Origin: an uncultured Pleomorphomonas sp.
GTDB taxonomy: Bacteria; Pseudomonadota; Alphaproteobacteria; Rhizobiales; Pleomorphomonadaceae
DNA: 64,000 bases
NCBI GenBank assembly: GCA_963665435.2
Contig: CAXXNH010000064.1
Span: forward strand, 24,699 to 88,698
Direction of reading: 5' to 3'
Shown here: piece after piece, positions 61,161-64,000 of the stretch
Layout of the letters: each line of letters opens with the position of its first letter
Position numbering within the stretch: the first letter of the stretch is position 1
Made by a program: the position numbers and the translations under genes
The notes under the pieces: generated by a model
Told to the model about the DNA's origin: nothing
What the model saw: the letters and a program-made list of their open reading frames with translations, nothing else
Database searches by the model: none

Positions 61161-62528
61161 TCAGCGCAGCTTCAGTTCGCGAACCTTGCCGAGATCGCGC
61201 GTCACGCCGATGATTTCCTCGGCGGCCCTGTCGAGTTCGCCGGTATGACCGGTCAAGAGTTCGGAAATCGACCGGACGCGATCGGCCATGACGCTGGTCT
61301 CGTTGACCGCCGCCTCGATGGCGCGCAACACGTCGGTCATGTTGCCGGAGTGACGCACCGCGCTGTTGGTTGCCTCGGCGATCTCGTGGGTCGCCGTCGA
61401 TTGCGCTTCCACCGCTTCCGACACCATCTGCGACTTCTCGGAAATCGCCGCCACCACCTTGGCGGTCTCCTCCGTCACCTCGGCCGAACGCTTTGTCGCC
61501 TCCTGGATCAAGCCGATCTGTTTGCCGATCTCGTCGGTGGCCTGGGCGGTCTGCGACGCCAGCTGCTTCACTTCCTGCGCCACGACGGCGAAGCCCCTGC
61601 CGGCCTCGCCGGCGCGAGCAGCCTCGATGGTGGCGTTGAGCGCCAGAAGATTGGTCTGGGAAGCGATGTTGGTGATCAGCCCGACGAAGGAACCGATGCG
61701 CTCCACGGTCTCCTCCAGCGAGAGGATTGCCTCGCGGCTGGCCATCGTCTCGGAAACGGCCTTCGCGGCCAGGCTGGCGCTCTCGCTGGCCTGCGTGCCG
61801 ATCTCGACGATCGACGCCGAAAGCTCCTCCGTGGTCGCCGCCGTCGAGCCGATCGAATGGCTCGCACCCTCCGACGAGCGGGTGGCGCTGTTGACGTCGC
61901 TCGATACCCGGCTGGACAGGCTTTGCAGAGCCTCGGTGGTCGACCCCAGGTCCTTGGCAACCGTGTTGATGGAGTTGCGCAACCTGTCGATGGTCGAGCC
62001 GAAGTTGGTCAGAACGTCGCCCGACTGGCTGGCCGCGCTCTTGGCCGCCTCCCCGTCGAGCTGCGCATGCAGGGCGATCGCCATCGCCGCATCGAGCTGC
62101 AGCAGGCGGGTGTAGACGTCGATGAAATGAGCCGCCTTGACGCCATTCCAGCGGAAGCGTTTGCCGAGCGCCGCGATGCCATGGCTCATCAGTGCGCTTT
62201 TCAGCGCCACGCGGTAGCGGAAGTCGAAACCGCAGGACCGCTCGAACTTCACTCTTTCCAGACTATCGGTCTCGAAGTCGCCATCCAGCGGAGCTTCGAA
62301 CAGACGTAGCGTATAGTGCTTGGCCTTGGCCGTCAGCGCCGCGCCATGCGTCTCGAAGGACGCCCGGAACGCGGTAGCCTTGGTGGGCGTCCATCTGAGA
62401 TTGAAGGCGAGCGCCTCGTCGATGATCGACCTGACGACCGGAGCCAGGGCGGCCCTGTCCGCCTCCTGGACGCCGTCCAGAAGATAGAGGCCGATACGAG
62501 CCTTGCCGGCTTCGGACAGTGGAGACAT
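61161..62528 (-). CDS. Soluble chemoreceptor with globin-like N-terminal sensor
   Basis: No TM; [30 protein letters not shown]; N-domain RLF...D..F resembles HemAT/protoglobin. Confidence 0.85.
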   Translation of the reverse strand: MSPLSEAGKARIGLYLLDGVQEADRAALAPVVRSIIDEALAFNLRWTPTKATAFRASFETHGAALTAKAKHYTLRLFEAPLDGDFETDSLERVKFERSCGFDFRYRVALKSALMSHGIAALGKRFRWNGVKAAHFIDVYTRLLQLDAAMAIALHAQLDGEAAKSAASQSGDVLTNFGSTIDRLRNSINTVAKDLGSTTEALQSLSSRVSSDVNSATRSSEGASHSIGSTAATTEELSASIVEIGTQASESASLAAKAVSETMASREAILSLEETVERIGSFVGLITNIASQTNLLALNATIEAARAGEAGRGFAVVAQEVKQLASQTAQATDEIGKQIGLIQEATKRSAEVTEETAKVVAAISEKSQMVSEAVEAQSTATHEIAEATNSAVRHSGNMTDVLRAIEAAVNETSVMADRVRSISELLTGHTGELDRAAEEIIGVTRDLGKVRELKLR

Positions 62529-62721
62529 GGGTGCACCATTCCTTCAGGTTCAACTGCCGGATGGTCGTCGGGCGCGGTAAATATTTGTTTGATTCCGTTG
62601 GGAAAGATGCCTCTTGCGGCTCGGTTAGGTATTGAAACCGAGCCGTTGGCCGAAATCGGGTAGGCGCGGCCTGCCCCGCATGCCAAGCTGGCGCAGTCCT
62701 TCCGCGTTCCGAGTCTTCCCC

Positions 62722-63318
62722 ATGAAATGCCTTGTCGTCGTCGCCCACCCCCTGCCGGACAGCCTCAACCGGTCGCTGGCTCGTTTCACCATCGAGCGGC
62801 TCGAAGCGGCCGGCCATGACGTGACGGTCGAGGATCTCTACGGCGGCGGCTTCGATGCCGCACTGACCGAGGCCGAACGCCGGAGCTACTACGCCGAAGC
62901 CTTCGACGCCTCGGCAGTCTCCGACGAAGCGGCACGGTTGACGGGCGCGGAAGCGCTCGTGCTGGTGTTTCCCACCTGGTGGTACGGCTTTCCGGCCATC
63001 CTGAAGGGTTGGTTCGACCGCGTCTGGTCGCCGGGCATCGCCTTCGATCACGCCAGCAACTTCGGCCCCATCAAGCCGCGCCTCAAGCTTGCCCGCGTGC
63101 TGGCGATCACCACGCTCGGTTCGCCCTGGTGGATCGACACGCTGGTGCTGTGGCAGCCGGTTCGGCGCATCCTCCGTATCGCCATCCTCGGCGCCTGCGC
63201 CCATGGTGTCCGCTTCAACATGCTGTCGCTGCATTCGGCCGAGAAGCCGGCAGCCGAGCGGGTGACGCGCTTCGAGAAGCGCATCGCCGCGATCCTCGAC
63301 CGCTGGCCGACGCGCTGA
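62722..63318 (+). CDS. Flavodoxin-fold NAD(P)H:quinone oxidoreductase
   Basis: VVAHPLPDSLN, DLY, FPTWWYGFPAILKGWFDRV. Confidence 0.92.
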   Translation: MKCLVVVAHPLPDSLNRSLARFTIERLEAAGHDVTVEDLYGGGFDAALTEAERRSYYAEAFDASAVSDEAARLTGAEALVLVFPTWWYGFPAILKGWFDRVWSPGIAFDHASNFGPIKPRLKLARVLAITTLGSPWWIDTLVLWQPVRRILRIAILGACAHGVRFNMLSLHSAEKPAAERVTRFEKRIAAILDRWPTR

Positions 63319-63324
63319 ACCGCC

Positions 63325-64000
63325 TCAGCTCGCAGCCGGCTCCGTCGGCTTGTCGCCGCGCACCAGAGCCATCGAGACCACGCCAACGACAAGGACGAGC
63401 GCCAGCGCGTAGAGCCCGACCCGATAGTCGGCGGTCGCGCTCTTCAGCCACCCCATGACGTAGGGCCCGAAGAAACCGCCGGTATTGCCGATCGAGTTGA
63501 TCAGCGCCACGCCGACTGCCGCCGCGAGACCGCCCATGCGCGCAGTAGCGAACGCCCAGAAGGGCCCGATCACCGACCAGAGCCCGATCAACGCCAGCGA
63601 CAACGCGGCGAGACTTCCGAGGAGTCCGGTTGCCTTGCCGGCGAGAACGCAGCCGGCGGCGGCCAGAATGAGCGCGCCGATCACATGCAGCTTTCGCTCG
63701 CCGAGGCGGTCCGAGCTCCAGCCGATCGCCAGCATGCCGACAACGGCCGCGAGAAACGGGATGGCATTATACCAGCCGAGCAGCGACAGATCCGCGCCGC
63801 CGAGGATGTCCTTCAGGATCTGCGGCATCCAGAAGGCCACGCCATACATGCCCAGCACCATGCAGAAATAGACGAGCCCCAGAAGGGCGACCGTCCGGAA
63901 CAGGCTCGGCCCGAGCCGATTGAAGTGGTGAAGCTCCAAATATCCCGCTTCCCTGTCCAGCGCGCCCTGCAGAGCGGACTTCTCCGCGTCCGTCAGCCAT
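63325..64000 (-). CDS. MFS transporter, ACS/TtuB-like (partial; continues past the window end)
   Basis: YGVAFWMPQI, AIPF, SSDRLGER..H, INSIGNTGGFFGP. Confidence 0.88.
   Translation of the reverse strand, partial: WLTDAEKSALQGALDREAGYLELHHFNRLGPSLFRTVALLGLVYFCMVLGMYGVAFWMPQILKDILGGADLSLLGWYNAIPFLAAVVGMLAIGWSSDRLGERKLHVIGALILAAAGCVLAGKATGLLGSLAALSLALIGLWSVIGPFWAFATARMGGLAAAVGVALINSIGNTGGFFGPYVMGWLKSATADYRVGLYALALVLVVGVVSMALVRGDKPTEPAAS

Overview
GC-rich chromosomal window from an alphaproteobacterium, probably Hyphomicrobiales (inferred from omp25/ropB, gguAB/mmsAB, DUF1127, the ilvE-MarR-OmpR-EnvZ cluster and an N-extended UvrB). It holds about 60 CDS and no rRNA, tRNA, CRISPR, integrase or transposase. 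Housekeeping genes (ilvE, proC, csaA, rlmJ, uvrB) alternate with accessory modules: a LysR plus clostridial-type 2-enoate reductase, an autotransporter, TetR/MFS genes, AmiC/AmiR with a peptide-type ABC transporter and amidase, RpiR/Pot/DmpA, SulP/USP, MCP/dual-REC/HD-GYP, PrlF-YhaV and PecS/PecM. The least explained part is 1-5400. It has two tandem copies of a gene for an unknown secreted 59/60-aa-repeat protein, each preceded by a structured CCUCC-bearing leader that shows a compensatory base-pair change. It also has two diverged ~370-bp direct repeats, each encoding an unannotated 51-52 aa DUF3563-like protein, which bracket the LysR/enoate reductase pair. All family assignments come from motif recognition, not database searches.
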